64,000 nt of DNA from Owenia fusiformis (GCA_903813345.2 CAIIXF020000001.1:18910001-18974000); one strand, 5' to 3'. Positions 37,182-50,000 are shown, counted from the stretch's first letter. Numbers and translations: made by a program. The notes: generated from the letters alone by a model not told the origin.

Positions 37182-39082
37182 TGAGATATATTAAGCCAAA
37201 AATGTGTATTCCTCCACCTATTGGTTCCAGAATCTGCAGCACCAGATATGGAGTAAATGATTGGAAAGGGGGATTCAAAGAAAGGGTCACTGGCAAACAT
37301 TGACAGGACAAAGGTTTCTAAAATCTGTTCTAAAATAGTCTCAAACCCATGCTAAAATAGTCTCAAAACCTGTACTAAAATAGTCTTGCAACTAGTGCTA
37401 TTATTGCTGGTAGAGGCGCCATTAACAAACAAAATGCAAAACAATATTCACCATTCTGAGCACTTTTCAAGTGTTTTTGGCCATTTTTGAGTTGTTAATA
37501 GTGAACCCCCCGGGAATTAAAAAAATTATACCCCCCTCGACAAATCCTGGTTACAGGCCTCATTAAAAGTCAAAACTGAATACAATGCTTGGTAATAAAC
37601 TCTGGGGACACATTATTCTCTAACACCTTTATCCTGTATCCCTTGGCCCGTGCTAAAATAGTCTCGAAAGCAGTGAGCATGGGTTAGGAGTGCCTCTAAC
37701 AGTTAGATATCTAACCACAAACCCGTGCTTTTTTAGCCTAGAGCCCAAACAGTCCTAACCAGATCCGTGCTAAATATAGCACGAGTTAGAGTTTGCGCGG
37801 CATCGGGAATTCAGGAATTTAATGAACTATGCTATTTTGGACTGATATACATGCCAAAACTACTAAATCGTTTTATACAATAGGTTGCCTCATCTTGACT
37901 GGATAATGTAAGATAGGCCTAGATATTGACAAGTACGCTCAAGTTATTATTAGGGGTCCTCTGTGGATCTTCGACGTAGGGGGGTAATTTTTACCTTCTT
38001 CTAAGGCAACTATATCATGGCCTTCGTCCAAAGATAAATCCCTGCATTTTTTTACTGCTGTATACGGGTCATGTCATAATCATAAAATTTGAAATCAAAT
38101 GTTCACCATTTTTCCACATCACAATTTGAATTGTGAGTTTTGGTCTTATCACCTCACCAAAAATTCCAAAACACACATGAAGCGATCAATGTATAAGTTC
38201 ACATCTTCTGGATCGCTTACTTAGAATTTACAGCCAGTTACTAATGTCAGACAATAACAACATTTTATCCAGTTTTCGAATATCGCCATTTTTCTTAGAG
38301 CCGTTTATTTTAATTTTAGACAAAATCCTGCAATATCTCATCAAGGAGCCCAGCCAGTTCCATTTTAATTCATGATTTATTTATCTGGTGATTTTTAAAA
38401 CATTTAATAAATTTATTACACGCCGGCTAGCTTTTTTCAAATGGTTCACGTTGTCATGGGCTTTTAGTTGAAAACCCATGACGTTGTTCCAGATTAAATT
38501 ACTTCTAGCTAAGAATAAACATATTCGCGATAAGAGTTCAGATGGTAATTTACATAAATATCTCCCATGGTGCATCGCTATGGAAGGGACAAATTTTCAT
38601 TGGCCCGTCGAACGAGCCAGTTACTCTCTACGAAACGTCCGGAGATTGCAAAGTCAAAGGTCATTATCCGCTAATTTCATGTCGAGGATTACATCATAGC
38701 GTATAGCATCATATTGGCGGAAGATTGCTTGAACAAAATTTCAACACATTCTGATAAAACTAGCATGAATCTTGAAAAAATGACAGTTTCTCGGCCTCCG
38801 ATATTCCACCAGCGCTCGAGCATAGTTACATGATCCAATCTATTCAATAATCAGAAAGATAATCGTAAATTCAAAATTACGTTATTTATATAATTCGAAA
38901 AATAAATCATAATCCTAACAGTTGAGATCCTAATCTCAATGCAAATAATCAGTGATCAGAACAAAACTGAAAACAAACTGCAAATCAAAAAAAAGAAAAA
39001 AATATTTGTATGGTAATTTTCATATTTTGAACCACTGACGCAAATTACATAATCGTTTGAATGAGCAATGTTTTCTACGTAC

Positions 39083-39330
39083 CTTTCAAAACTCTTCTGG
39101 ATGTAGAATGGTCTGTCAACAGGCGTAATTACAGCAATATCAGCAAAAATTACTGCCGCTTTTCTTTCGGAATTTCCTTCTCTCAGCCACTTCGTGACCT
39201 TGCGAGATCATACTAGACATGTGACCATTTGTGACATCAACATAATGTCACGTGATTTATAAACCTAGGCCAATCAGAATCAAAGAGAAAGTGAAAGGGG
39301 CGTGTTTGTTTACATGTATCACGTGTTTTG
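39083..39330 (-). promoter_or_regulatory. Probable lipin promoter and non-coding first exon
   Basis: Donor AAG|GTACGT at 39082. Cluster of GTCACGTGAT (39247-39256), CCAAT (39270-39274), GGGGCGTG (39297-39304), TGTTTAC (39307-39313) and ATCACGTG (39318-39325). The ATG-bearing lipin exon has an upstream acceptor at 29193, so a 5' exon must exist. Confidence 0.6.
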
Positions 39331-39392
39331 AAGTGTCTTGGGAGTGGGAATATTTTCACTTCTAGTAACTTACATTCTTGGTAGCACTGGCC

Positions 39393-42300
39393 AGAGACAT
39401 GTCTATGTCTATGTCAATAATCTGCAAAAGGCTAATAAGCCCATATAAAGCAGATATATAATTTAACAGTGATAGAATTTGAATAGAATATAATTTAAAA
39501 CCTTAACATTTAAAAATAGATCTATGGTTTACATCTCATTTTACCTGGGGAGACTGTCAGGCTACCGCGTTGACATCACCCCTCTTTACCAGTAGTGCAG
39601 GCTTGTTGCTGAGCACTGGGGACCCTTTACATTAAAACATAGATCTATATTAAAACACACCTATTTAATTGCAGTTATTGACATAGGCATAGTATGATGA
39701 TTTAAAACTACTTAGACTGTCACAGTCTAAAATGTCACCAGGTAGAGTGTTCCATTTAGCTATTGTCCTAGGGAAATAGCTAAATTTGTATGCATCCGTT
39801 CTAGTTGATGGTTGTATGAACTTAGAAGGATGATACAACCTAGTGTTGGTATTGATCTGTTGGCGGAAGTATGGAGGCACGTCGATGGCTGCTAGGTTCT
39901 GCTTTCCTTTGTAGAAAAGGAAAACTCTAGCAGCCTCTCGACGCTCCTTCAGTGGCTCCCACTGTAGGTCTTGAAGAGCTTTGGTGACGCAGCCTGGTTC
40001 CCTTGAGTGATATTTGGTTACAAACCTGGCTGCTCTTCTCTGTACCTGTTCCAACATATCAATATCTTTTTGTCGGTATGGATCCCATGCCGAGCTGGCA
40101 TACTCTAAATTAGGCCGGACTAGTGACTTATACGCCTGAGCCTTCACTTTTTCAGGGCATTGATGGAGGTTGCGCCTGAGAAATCCAAGCACCTTATTGG
40201 CTTTGGATACAATAGTTTGAATATGTGTAGTCCAGCGTAAGTTATTTGTGATGTCAATTCCTAGGTATGGGATGTGTGTTACCGACTTAAGGTTTTCCCC
40301 TAGCATGGTGTAATTGTGCATGATAGGGGATTTACCTTTGTGAATATTTAGCACATAGCATTTTGATGGATGGAATTTCATTTGCCATGTTGATGCCCAG
40401 GAGACCAGTTTATCAAGATTCTCCTGTAGTGTTAATGCATCTTGCTTGCTTTCGACTGTCATGAATAAAAGGCTGTCGTCGGCAAAAAGCTTAAGACTGC
40501 CTGAGGATGATAGGTTATTGCCCATATCATTGATATAAACAAGGAAACAGAGTGGTCCAAGAACTGTTCCTTGAGGAACTCCTGATTTTACTGGAGTTTT
40601 TGAACTTGATTCACCATCGAGCACTACCTGTTGTGATCTTCCCACAAGCCAGGATCTGAACCAGTTCAAGTTATTATTGCGAATTCCATAATAGTCGAGT
40701 TTGAGCAAGAGGCGTTCGTGAGCCACCGTGTCAAACGCTTTGGAAAAGTCTAATACCAACATGTCTGTTTGTTTATTGTTGTCGAGGGCCCGAGCTATAT
40801 TCTCTATTGTATTGACAAGTTGTGTTTCACATGAGTGCTTTGACCTGAATCCATGTTGGAATTTTACTAGAATTTCATAGAGGTCAAAGTGGGCCATAAC
40901 ATGATGGAATATAATATGTTCCATTATTTTACATGGAGCTGACGTCAGAGATACAGGCCTGTAATTCACAGCCTCATCTCTTCGTCCCTTTTTGAAGATA
41001 GCAGTAACATTGGCATGTTTCCAGTCCATAGGCACTAAGCCTTCATCGATAGACTGTTGAAAAATTATTTGAAGGAATGGTGATATGCTGTCACTGCATT
41101 CCTTCAGGACCCTAGTCGGAATAAGATCGGGTCCAGTGGCTTTTGATGGATTTAGGCCAGTTAGCAATTTGTGAATTCCTTTTGTCGAAATTTTGATATT
41201 TGGCATTTCAGGAATTTGACTAGGTACCATTGTCGGTAGAGTGGCATCCTCATCTGTGAATACAGAATTGTATTGGTCATTGAGGATGTTTGCTTTCTGG
41301 GCGGCGTCTGTTATTTCGTCGCCATCTTTGTTACGCAGCACGCTGATACCTGATGCATCTTTGCGTTTAGACTTTATGTAGCTCCAGAAGCGTTTGGTAA
41401 TGCCTTTGTGCTGAATATTCTCATTTATGATTTCGCTTTCATCAATGTCAAGCAGATCGTTGATGTAGCGCTGATGTTCTTTACGAATTTCACTATGGAT
41501 TAATTTCCGTAGTGATTTGTATTTATGCCAATGATGAGGTTCATTTGAACGTTTGGCAACATTATATCGTCTTTGTTTCTGTCGGATCATTCTCAGTATC
41601 CTGGTGGTAATCCAGGGTACTTTGAATTTCCCACTTAGAGTTTTACTTGGAATATGCTCATTGATTGACGATATTAATGTAGATTTGAAGGAGGACCAGT
41701 TGTCTTCAACTGATCTACTTTCAGAGTTCTCTTTGAATTCGCTGAACTTAGATCGTAGAGTCTCTTTAAGTCCAGTCCATTCTGCCCGCTTGTATATGTG
41801 GACCTTACGAGGCTTCTTTTTCTGAATTTTCATTTTTAGGTTTATATCACATAGGACTGCCTCGTGATCACTCATGCCCGGAACCACCGAGATTCTTTCT
41901 GCGAGGTTTGGGCATGTAGTGAATACTAAGTCAAGGATGTTATTTTGTCTAGTTGGTTCCTTGACTAGTTGGGTTAGGCCATGATCATCAGTTATTGTAA
42001 TCATCTTCTCATTAAGATCATTAGAATATTGAGAATTAGGCCTTATAGCTCCATTCTCCCAATCGATGTCTGGTAAGTTGAAGTCACCACATAGGAAGAT
42101 GTTTTTCATATGTGTATTACCATTAGCATAAAGTTTATCGAGGGATGTTTGGAGCGAGTCCAAAGCACCAGTATCGTTGTTTGGTTGACGATAGAAGGAT
42201 CCAAACAGTATATCCCCATTTGATAGAGATGCTTTGGACCATATGATTTCGCAATCAGCTGTCGCTTCATATTCGACTGATATGAAGTCACTTTTGACTG

Positions 42301-43172
42301 CGATAAGGACACCGCCAGCACCTTTCTTTCGGTCTTTCCTGTATGGAGGTGGGCTAAGGTAGTCTTGACCGAATATCCATTTGCTGTCGATGGTGTTGTC
42401 CAGGTGAGTCTCACAGCCTATGATGACATCTGGCTTGTGAGTTTCAATTAGTTGTTGAAGGTGTAGTTGCTTCTCATGACTAATTAGACTGCGGAAGTTG
42501 ATAGACATGAGGCGAACCTGGTTTCGCCTTTTTCGTGCAGTCGGCCTCGGTGGTTCTGATTCGGTAGAATCAGATGATGATGACGAATTGTCAAGATCAG
42601 AGAGAGCGCTGAAGGAGTTTGTTACCGAGGAATGAGAAAGAGTGGAGTCATTGAAGAAGCTGTTGGAAAAATTAGGTAGGGCACATCCAGGACAGATCCA
42701 GGTGAAACTGCCCGCGTCAAGAAAAACATTGTACTCAGCAGGGGAAACATTGCCACATTTGATGTGTACCCATGTGCCGCATTCATCGCATTCAAGGGCT
42801 CGATGATTCTTGGCAACTGCTTTGTGGCACATACCGCAGGGAAATTTAACAGGACCTGGGTTTGGGTGGATGTCACCACTAAGAATAAGACATAGGAAGA
42901 GCAGTGGTGTGGAAGATTTCTTGTGAAAGATTCCACGAGAGCCAACAATCTTATGGAAACGTCGCAGTTGCATCAACTGTGTGTATGACTCTGTTGAAGG
43001 TAAGTGGTTTCCATGATCACAGAAAAATGACTGGACTGCGAAAACAAAGCAGAGAAGGAGCAATCCATATCCTTGGAAACCCATGACGAAGAGGTAGGTA
43101 AAACCCGTTAGCTGAAAATAAGAAAATTCGCGCAAAAATATGAAAAATTAAAAAACATTGTCTGTTGTCTCT
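39393..43172 (-). mobile_element. Apparently intact CR1/L2-group non-LTR retrotransposon (single ORF)
   Basis: 1156-codon open frame; short (GACATA)n 3' tail at about 39398-39415; candidate 9-bp duplication GCACTGGCC at 39384-39392 and 43173-43181. The 5' end could extend to about 43230. Confidence 0.9.
39665..43135 (-). CDS. LINE polyprotein: hydrophobic leader, 2A-like peptide, PHD finger, AP endonuclease, reverse transcriptase
   Basis: LILSGDIHPNPGP; PHD CGMC..CDEC..WVHIKC..WICPGC; APE (INFRS, GCETHL, GDFNLP, LDLVF, SDH); RT (NYRPVSLT, QHGFR, DFSKAFD, GVPQGTVLGP, LFADD, YLG). First ATG is at 43084. Confidence 0.95.
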   Translation of the reverse strand: MREFSYFQLTGFTYLFVMGFQGYGLLLLCFVFAVQSFFCDHGNHLPSTESYTQLMQLRRFHKIVGSRGIFHKKSSTPLLFLCLILSGDIHPNPGPVKFPCGMCHKAVAKNHRALECDECGTWVHIKCGNVSPAEYNVFLDAGSFTWICPGCALPNFSNSFFNDSTLSHSSVTNSFSALSDLDNSSSSSDSTESEPPRPTARKRRNQVRLMSINFRSLISHEKQLHLQQLIETHKPDVIIGCETHLDNTIDSKWIFGQDYLSPPPYRKDRKKGAGGVLIAVKSDFISVEYEATADCEIIWSKASLSNGDILFGSFYRQPNNDTGALDSLQTSLDKLYANGNTHMKNIFLCGDFNLPDIDWENGAIRPNSQYSNDLNEKMITITDDHGLTQLVKEPTRQNNILDLVFTTCPNLAERISVVPGMSDHEAVLCDINLKMKIQKKKPRKVHIYKRAEWTGLKETLRSKFSEFKENSESRSVEDNWSSFKSTLISSINEHIPSKTLSGKFKVPWITTRILRMIRQKQRRYNVAKRSNEPHHWHKYKSLRKLIHSEIRKEHQRYINDLLDIDESEIINENIQHKGITKRFWSYIKSKRKDASGISVLRNKDGDEITDAAQKANILNDQYNSVFTDEDATLPTMVPSQIPEMPNIKISTKGIHKLLTGLNPSKATGPDLIPTRVLKECSDSISPFLQIIFQQSIDEGLVPMDWKHANVTAIFKKGRRDEAVNYRPVSLTSAPCKIMEHIIFHHVMAHFDLYEILVKFQHGFRSKHSCETQLVNTIENIARALDNNKQTDMLVLDFSKAFDTVAHERLLLKLDYYGIRNNNLNWFRSWLVGRSQQVVLDGESSSKTPVKSGVPQGTVLGPLCFLVYINDMGNNLSSSGSLKLFADDSLLFMTVESKQDALTLQENLDKLVSWASTWQMKFHPSKCYVLNIHKGKSPIMHNYTMLGENLKSVTHIPYLGIDITNNLRWTTHIQTIVSKANKVLGFLRRNLHQCPEKVKAQAYKSLVRPNLEYASSAWDPYRQKDIDMLEQVQRRAARFVTKYHSREPGCVTKALQDLQWEPLKERREAARVFLFYKGKQNLAAIDVPPYFRQQINTNTRLYHPSKFIQPSTRTDAYKFSYFPRTIAKWNTLPGDILDCDSLSSFKSSYYAYVNNCN

Positions 43173-44962
43173 GCACTGGCCTAGCGGCATACCACTAGAT
43201 GCGTACACTCACAAACTACTGCGCCTCTGAGTAATCTAAAATTGTTAGTTGTACTCCATTGAGTACATCATGGACTTCAGATGAGTTAGCAGTCCAATAT
43301 CATTTTTTTAAATTTTGGCATTATTTTTCAAAGGAGCACGTAGGTTATCGCAAACAATTTCAGAAGGTTATCTCTTGGATTGTGACTATTTTCTGACAAT
43401 GAAGACAGCTTTATCTTTTAGATCAATTCATTATCTCAAAGAAAATTATATACAGAAGTAATAATAAAGTCAAACAAACTTGGACATATTTAACTGGCAA
43501 GCAACCCTTCAACACACGGTTTCAAAGATGTTGACCCCATTTTCACCAAAAATAGTTCTTGAAAGAAAAACTTAATTGCTTTAAGATAGTGTTCCCCATG
43601 TTATTTCTCCATTGAAAAATCCCATGCTATCCATTGGTTTCAGTTCATTTTGGTCATCCAAATTCAGTATCTTTAAAGTCCCTGGAGTAATCAACTTTTC
43701 CTTTTAGGAAATCGAACATGTCTCAAAGCATATTCTAATTATGCATTCAACAATATAATAAAAGGTTGGAGTTTTGGTGAAAATTCGCCTTTCCCTTCTC
43801 CTTCGGTTGTTTATAACTAGACTCGGCGCGCAGAGTATTAAGACATGGTAGAAACTAGTTTGCACTATGTGAAAAGAATTTAAGCCCAGGACTTAATACA
43901 TTGTGGAATGACCATTCTTTTCAGTCGTTCTTTCCTAAAATTAACACTCGATGCTGCACATCTCGTGGAAAGCAATACCTTTAAGAATGTTCATTGCATG
44001 GCACTGAGTCCGCTTTAAATGGTGTGAGATATTATTGATGCATGGCGTCCATGATTTATCCCAGTAGCTCCACCCGGGTAGCTGCAATAATTGTCTGTGT
44101 CTGAGGCCTCAGGTCTGTGTTGACACACAGAGCATCACAGAGCTACTTGTTCTATTGCTGCCATCTTTTTATCGGCTTAAAAACTATGTAGGTTCTAACA
44201 CGTATATCGGGTCATTTTTTAAACTTGATGTACACCCTGGGATGTACACGGTGGTGACGAAGACGTAACGCTAGAATGGTTCGAACTTGTAATATCACAA
44301 AAGGAAGACTAATTTTCCAAAAAAGTAAAGAGGTAGTTTTCTAAATTCAATATGCAATTGCTGTCTTTTGACTTTTCAAACCATAGTATGTTTCTAACTT
44401 CAGGTAGCCTGAGTCTCGAATGCTTTATTTTGTCAAAAAGTCTCATGTACATTTTTGTACAGGGCTTAGTATTTAATAATATGGTTTCTCAGTCCTACAT
44501 GGAGGTGCAACAAGTATCATCCGATTATAACTTTGATCCTAATTTTTCACAAATCAGAAAACCATAATCTTGTATCCATATTTCACGCATTGATCGGGAT
44601 ATGAATTCTGAAAGGATGAAGTGTTCATTCTTATATTCTTGGCGTTTTTAAAGGTATGACTCGTTTTGGGGAACTAAAATTCCAAAATATGTGAATAGTT
44701 ATGTATTATTCACAAAAATAATGCCATTTTTATAAAAAGCAAAGACAATTTATTAAGTAACAAAACGTGTTAACACCATTACAATTTAAAAGCATCTTCG
44801 CACGCTCTCGGTCGACTTCGCTGCGTTCATCCACGAGAGCCGAGTGAACGAAGGTGATTACAAGACACTTCCAAAGCATTTATTTCTTCACGTCTAGAGC
44901 GTTTACTCCACGATTTCAAATCGTTTACCTGGTGAATGTAAGACATTTTAGTATTTATTTAT

Positions 44963-45054
44963 AATATAAAAAATGAATGTTTTCTGACCCACCCTGACTG
45001 TGTATATAAATTTTATATACGCAGGGTGGGACAGAAAACATTCATATCTTTATT
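44963..45054. repeat. About 90-bp palindrome, probably the end of a non-autonomous transposon
   Basis: atgaatgttttctgacccaccctg ... tatataaattttatata ... cagggtgggacagaaaacattcat. Confidence 0.7.
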
Positions 45055-45626
45055 TGGAAATAAATGTTTTATTAATGCATATATTTTAATATTTTTTATA
45101 GAGATGCAAGAATCACTTTTGCAATTGTTCATCAAACTTATCATACGCATAAGGTTCTGTTTCACCATAACCATGCTTTGATATTTTGAGGCATATTCTA
45201 TGGTCTGAGCTCATCTATCTGATGGGATATGCATGAATAAAGTCCCATGTTAAGTCAACCGCTAAGGCCTCTAAGTAAAAAGTTTGGTTTCCTCTATTAC
45301 AAACTAAAATATACAAAAGTTAAAACGTGCATAGGTGTTTCTATTAACATATACTGTTTCATGATATGGTCCTTTGATTGCTTATTTTTTAAATTCAAAG
45401 TAGTTACTAACATTTAAAATGTTACTGAAGAAAGCCCATGCCTATACTTATATATCATTGAATGATTCTAAATGAAACTAGAAAATTGATTCCAACACAA
45501 TTCTTCATTCAAAATCATGAAAGTCATCATTATGAGATTGAGAACGTAAGGATATACATCAATAGAATCAATATGAATGGTGATGCATGCGATGAGAAAA
45601 TGTGCGCTATCGAAACTACCTCAACA

Positions 45627-45708
45627 GACGAGGTGGCCGAGTGGTTAAGGCGATGGACTGCTAATCCATTGTGCTCTGCACGCGTGGGTTCGAATCCCAT
45701 CCTCGTCG
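45627..45708 (+). tRNA. tRNA-Ser (anticodon GCT)
   Basis: GACGAGG/CCTCGTC acceptor stem, A box TGGCCGAGTGG, anticodon loop CT-GCT-AA, long variable arm, B box GGTTCGAATCC, followed by an oligo-T Pol III terminator at about 45714-45719. Confidence 0.98.
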
Positions 45709-47033
45709 ACTAGTTTTTTATTTTTACAAACTATTATGGCAAGCCAATATGCAGGTAGGTGTCAAGGAAATGGGCCCTTAGCATGCTACCGTAATGAAAC
45801 TTTGTCAACTTTTGCATAGACGCCTGTACTCATTAGGTATCTTCGCCATATGACTCCTGATTCAGTCAAAACCTTGTCTACTTTCAAAATGGTCGCCATT
45901 TTTGTTGAAAGAAATCCACTTTTTATCTCTGCCTGTCAACAAGTGGCACACTTTGAAACCTCTTTACGGTAGGATTCCTGTTTTAGTTATTTTTGTACAA
46001 CATCAATATAGAACCCCTCCCCCTATGACTCCCAGGTCAAAGCTTGCCTATTTTCAAATTGGCTGCCATTTTTGTCGTTCAATTTTGTAAAAAAGATCGG
46101 TAAAAAGGCAGGATCTGCTTTTTTATTTTTGGATTTTATATCCTAAAATGGCTTGTCTATGATGTCTTGTCTACAGGTTTCAAGCCAAACCATTGATGGA
46201 TCGATCTGAAATTTTTAGGGATGTTTCCTGGCATAAAACTTTACAAATTAATAATTTTGGGCCATTTTGGGTATTCTATCCCAAAATTGTATCTGTTAAG
46301 TCTACACGTTTTGAGCCAAACGATTTCACTGATTAATCTGAAACTTTCAGGGATTTCTTGACATAAAAGTCTACAAATGCTTAGGTCTTTGGACATTCTG
46401 GATAATTTTTAGGTTGCGTTTGTGTCTTCTTATCCAGACGAGTAAAGTGACAACTCCATGTGGGTCCAGTACCCACGGTACTATTTGTTCGCTTACCAGT
46501 TCGTTACAGTGTTATGTTAGTGGTCAAGTATGTTTGATTCACTCATAAATTATTGGTGTATTTTATCATATTCACCTCTCATCCCTTGCTACCAGACAAT
46601 CTGGTGAGACTCCCCTGAATAGGGGACTCAGTGAGAAATCACGAGCAGGATGATTCAAAGATGTCGCTGACAGTAAATATATTTTACAAGCAAGTAATAG
46701 GCCTATTATTCAAGTTCTCATATCTTGTCAAGTCAATGTTTCTCCATTTGAAATATTTGAAAGGCTAGAATCATCCTTGTGAATAGATTGCTTTGTATAG
46801 TAGTAGTATATTCCATTGACTGGAAACCATACAAACCAAGAGCTGTCATAGAACGATGATGGATGACTCCATGCCCCTCCCCCTCACTAACTAGGCTCAG
46901 CTCATTATTACTAAACATGTTATCAACACACCCGGATCGCTTTAATGTTTAATTTACTGCCAGTGATTATTAGGGATATCATCTCAGTGGCATTGCGGTC
47001 TACAGACGTCTGTGTTGCCTTCAGGACTTGATC

Positions 47034-50000
47034 ATGCTGCAGGGGACTCGGTTCACGACAGGGCTATTACCCCCAACTTTAATACCAACTACAGGAGAGG
47101 TAGTGCAAGTACCCGGGCCATATGGAGGATATGTCTTCAGTCAAATGGCTTCACAACAACCAACGAACTATATGCAGTCTAACTTAGTCAGATTCCCAAT
47201 GTGGCCCACGGAACAAATAGGATTACGGAACCCAAGTGGAAAGAAAGTAACAGTTACACCATTACCAGGACCTTTGATTCCAACCGGGGCTTTAATCAGA
47301 CAAACTTTACCAGGACAAGAGATCCAAAATTGCAACAAATCTGTATATAACCCATATGAAATTGACAGGAATACAGAAAATGCAAAACCAGATGACCAAG
47401 AGGGTAAAGACAGTCAGGAAGAAACGATTGGACCTGAAGAAGATGATCAAAACAAAGCAGTTGAAGATGAACACACTACAGGTACTTCTAATTGCCCAGA
47501 TACAAAAGTAATTGAAGTTTTCAATTTCATATAAAGCAACTACAAATAGAATCAACTATACTGTAGAATACTTCATGGAAAACGAGGCTAAATAAAATAT
47601 TCATACTGGAGGTAGAATGTAAGCAATTAAAGATAAAAATTCGATTAATTACTTTTTCTACATAAAATCCTCTCGTAGTCTTGAAATATAAGAGTCGATG
47701 AAACGGTGAGTGAGTATGAATTTCAAATTTCAGACTCTTGAGAGTTCCCTTACAATTAGTAATGTGTATATATGTATACCATGGCTTGTCATTGATACGT
47801 TACGTTGCCATGGTAACTAATTGAAATTCGGTGATGAAACTGCGTATCCATGTCAGAGTTGGTGACAGACATAGAGTTAATTGTCAATTTGAAACATATA
47901 TTCCCAATTACGAGATCTCTTCAACCCTAACGTATATCATTAATATTACTCTAGGATATGTTTCATATGCATCTAAAATGATACTTTTTAGTTATCCCAA
48001 ACAAAATCCCTATTAACATGAAAAATTCAAAACTGCTGAATTTATTCATTCTTTTCAGGACATCGTTGTCTTGCGGTAAATGTGTGTTTTATGTCAACTT
48101 AAAACGGAACTTTTAATATGACCCTATTCCATTTCTATTTACCGACTTTGTTTTGTTTAATGACAATCGTGAGGTACATGATCTGTATATTATCTGTCAA
48201 TATCAGGTCTTCATGTGGCGCACCGACCAACGTTAGATATATGACACCAGCCAAATAATTGCCACGTACTGTATATAGTACACCATTTTTATTTTGTTTT
48301 GTATAAAGTCAGGCCCGTAAGACACTTTTCTCCAAGGGGGGTGCGGTTTTAACTAAAGAGAAAATAAAATTGTCAATTTTTTGACGCGTAAACCAAATTG
48401 CGTGAGTCAAGGGGGGGGGGGGGTCGGTTACTCCCTATATTTTGTAGTATTTTATTGTTTTCGTATTGTTTTTAGATTAAATATTGTATGTCCAAGCCCG
48501 AGAACTTTTACCAGTTCAAGATCACATTCAGTGATTTCTGGATCCTTTCAAGGTGTTTTAATTGAAATAGAATCTATTTATAAGAAATTCAGATTTTTTC
48601 AATCATTTTCATCTAAGGGGGCAGTAAGGAAAATTTTACAAATTCAAGATGCTGTCTGGTTAATTCTGAGCACTTTTAATGTGTTTGAGTAAATTAATGC
48701 TTTAGTTTTTGGGGTGGGCTGCCAGAAATTTTTATGTTTTTATGATTTCATTATGTCACTTGGTGACTTCTAGGCACTTTTAAAGTGTTTAAAATTAACG
48801 AACGCAACTTCCAAACTTGTGAGGAGTGATCCACTCACCCTAAAACATTTTACACTTTTGAGATGTCATTTGGTGCTTTCTGGACACTTAAAGTGAATGA
48901 GTTAATAAGAAAATGTGAATTTTTTTTCAAATTCTTTTTGTCAAAGAGAATGAGAGGGTGAAGTGGGGTGGAGTGCCAGATCAGAGGGGGAGCAAGGGGT
49001 TGTCCCCAAGAAACAATGACCATATCAAGGTGCCATTTGATGATGTCTGGGCACTTCAAAAATGTCTGAGACAATACAGGAAATTCAGAATTTTCTCAAT
49101 AGTTTTGTGGGGGATGTGAGGGGTGGCCAACTCTTCTAGAAATTCTTACAATTTTAAGATGATATTTGGTGCTTCTGGGCACTTTTAAAGTGTATGAGTC
49201 AATCGAAAAAAATTGAAAAAAAATTACATTTTTTTCAATTTTTGGGGGTGTCAAAGGGGGATGCAAGAGAGGGAGGTGGGATTAGGGTGCAAGAGGGGAA
49301 GCAAGTGTTTGTCCCCCATATCTGTCCCCAGAAACATTGACCATCAAGGTGCTATTTGATGAAGTCTGGGCACTTTAAAAGTGTCTGAGACAATGCATGA
49401 AATAAATTCAGAATTTTTGTCAATTGTTTTGGTGGGGGATGTGAGGGGTGGCCTACTTCCCTGGAAAATTTTACAATTTTAAGATGCTATTTGGTGCTTT
49501 CTGGGCACTTTCGAATCGTATGACTCAATAAAAAATTTGAAAAAATCACAATATTTTGGGGATGTCAAAGGGGGAGGGGTGCCAGAGGGGGAGGTGGGGT
49601 GGGGATGCAAAAGTGCGAGTAAGTGTTTGTCTCCCAGAATCATTGACTATATCAAGGAGCTATTTGATGATGTCTGGACACTTTACATGTGTCTGAGATG
49701 ATACCTAAAATAAATTCAGAACTTTTCAATTGTTTTGTTTTGGGTGTGAGGGGTGGTCTACTCCCCCTAGAAAATTTTACAATTTAAAACGCTATATAGT
49801 GCTCTCTGGGCACTTTCAAAGTGTATGAGTCAATTAAAAAATTGAGAAAATCACAATTCTTTTCAATTTTTGGAGGGGTGTCAAGGGGGGCGAGGGTGCC
49901 AGAGGGGGAGGTGGGGTGGGATGGGGATCCCGATGGAGAGCAAGTGTTAGTCCCCCAGAAACATTGACTATATCAAGGACCTATGTGATGATGTCTGGGC

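Noticed and set aside
41553-43208. Overlapping and antisense ORFs inside the LINE, as a possible ORF1
   Set aside because: Shadow frames of the main ORF with no RRM, esterase or zinc-knuckle motif.
45462-45713. 83-aa ORF
   Set aside because: Its 3' part is the tRNA-Ser gene read as codons.
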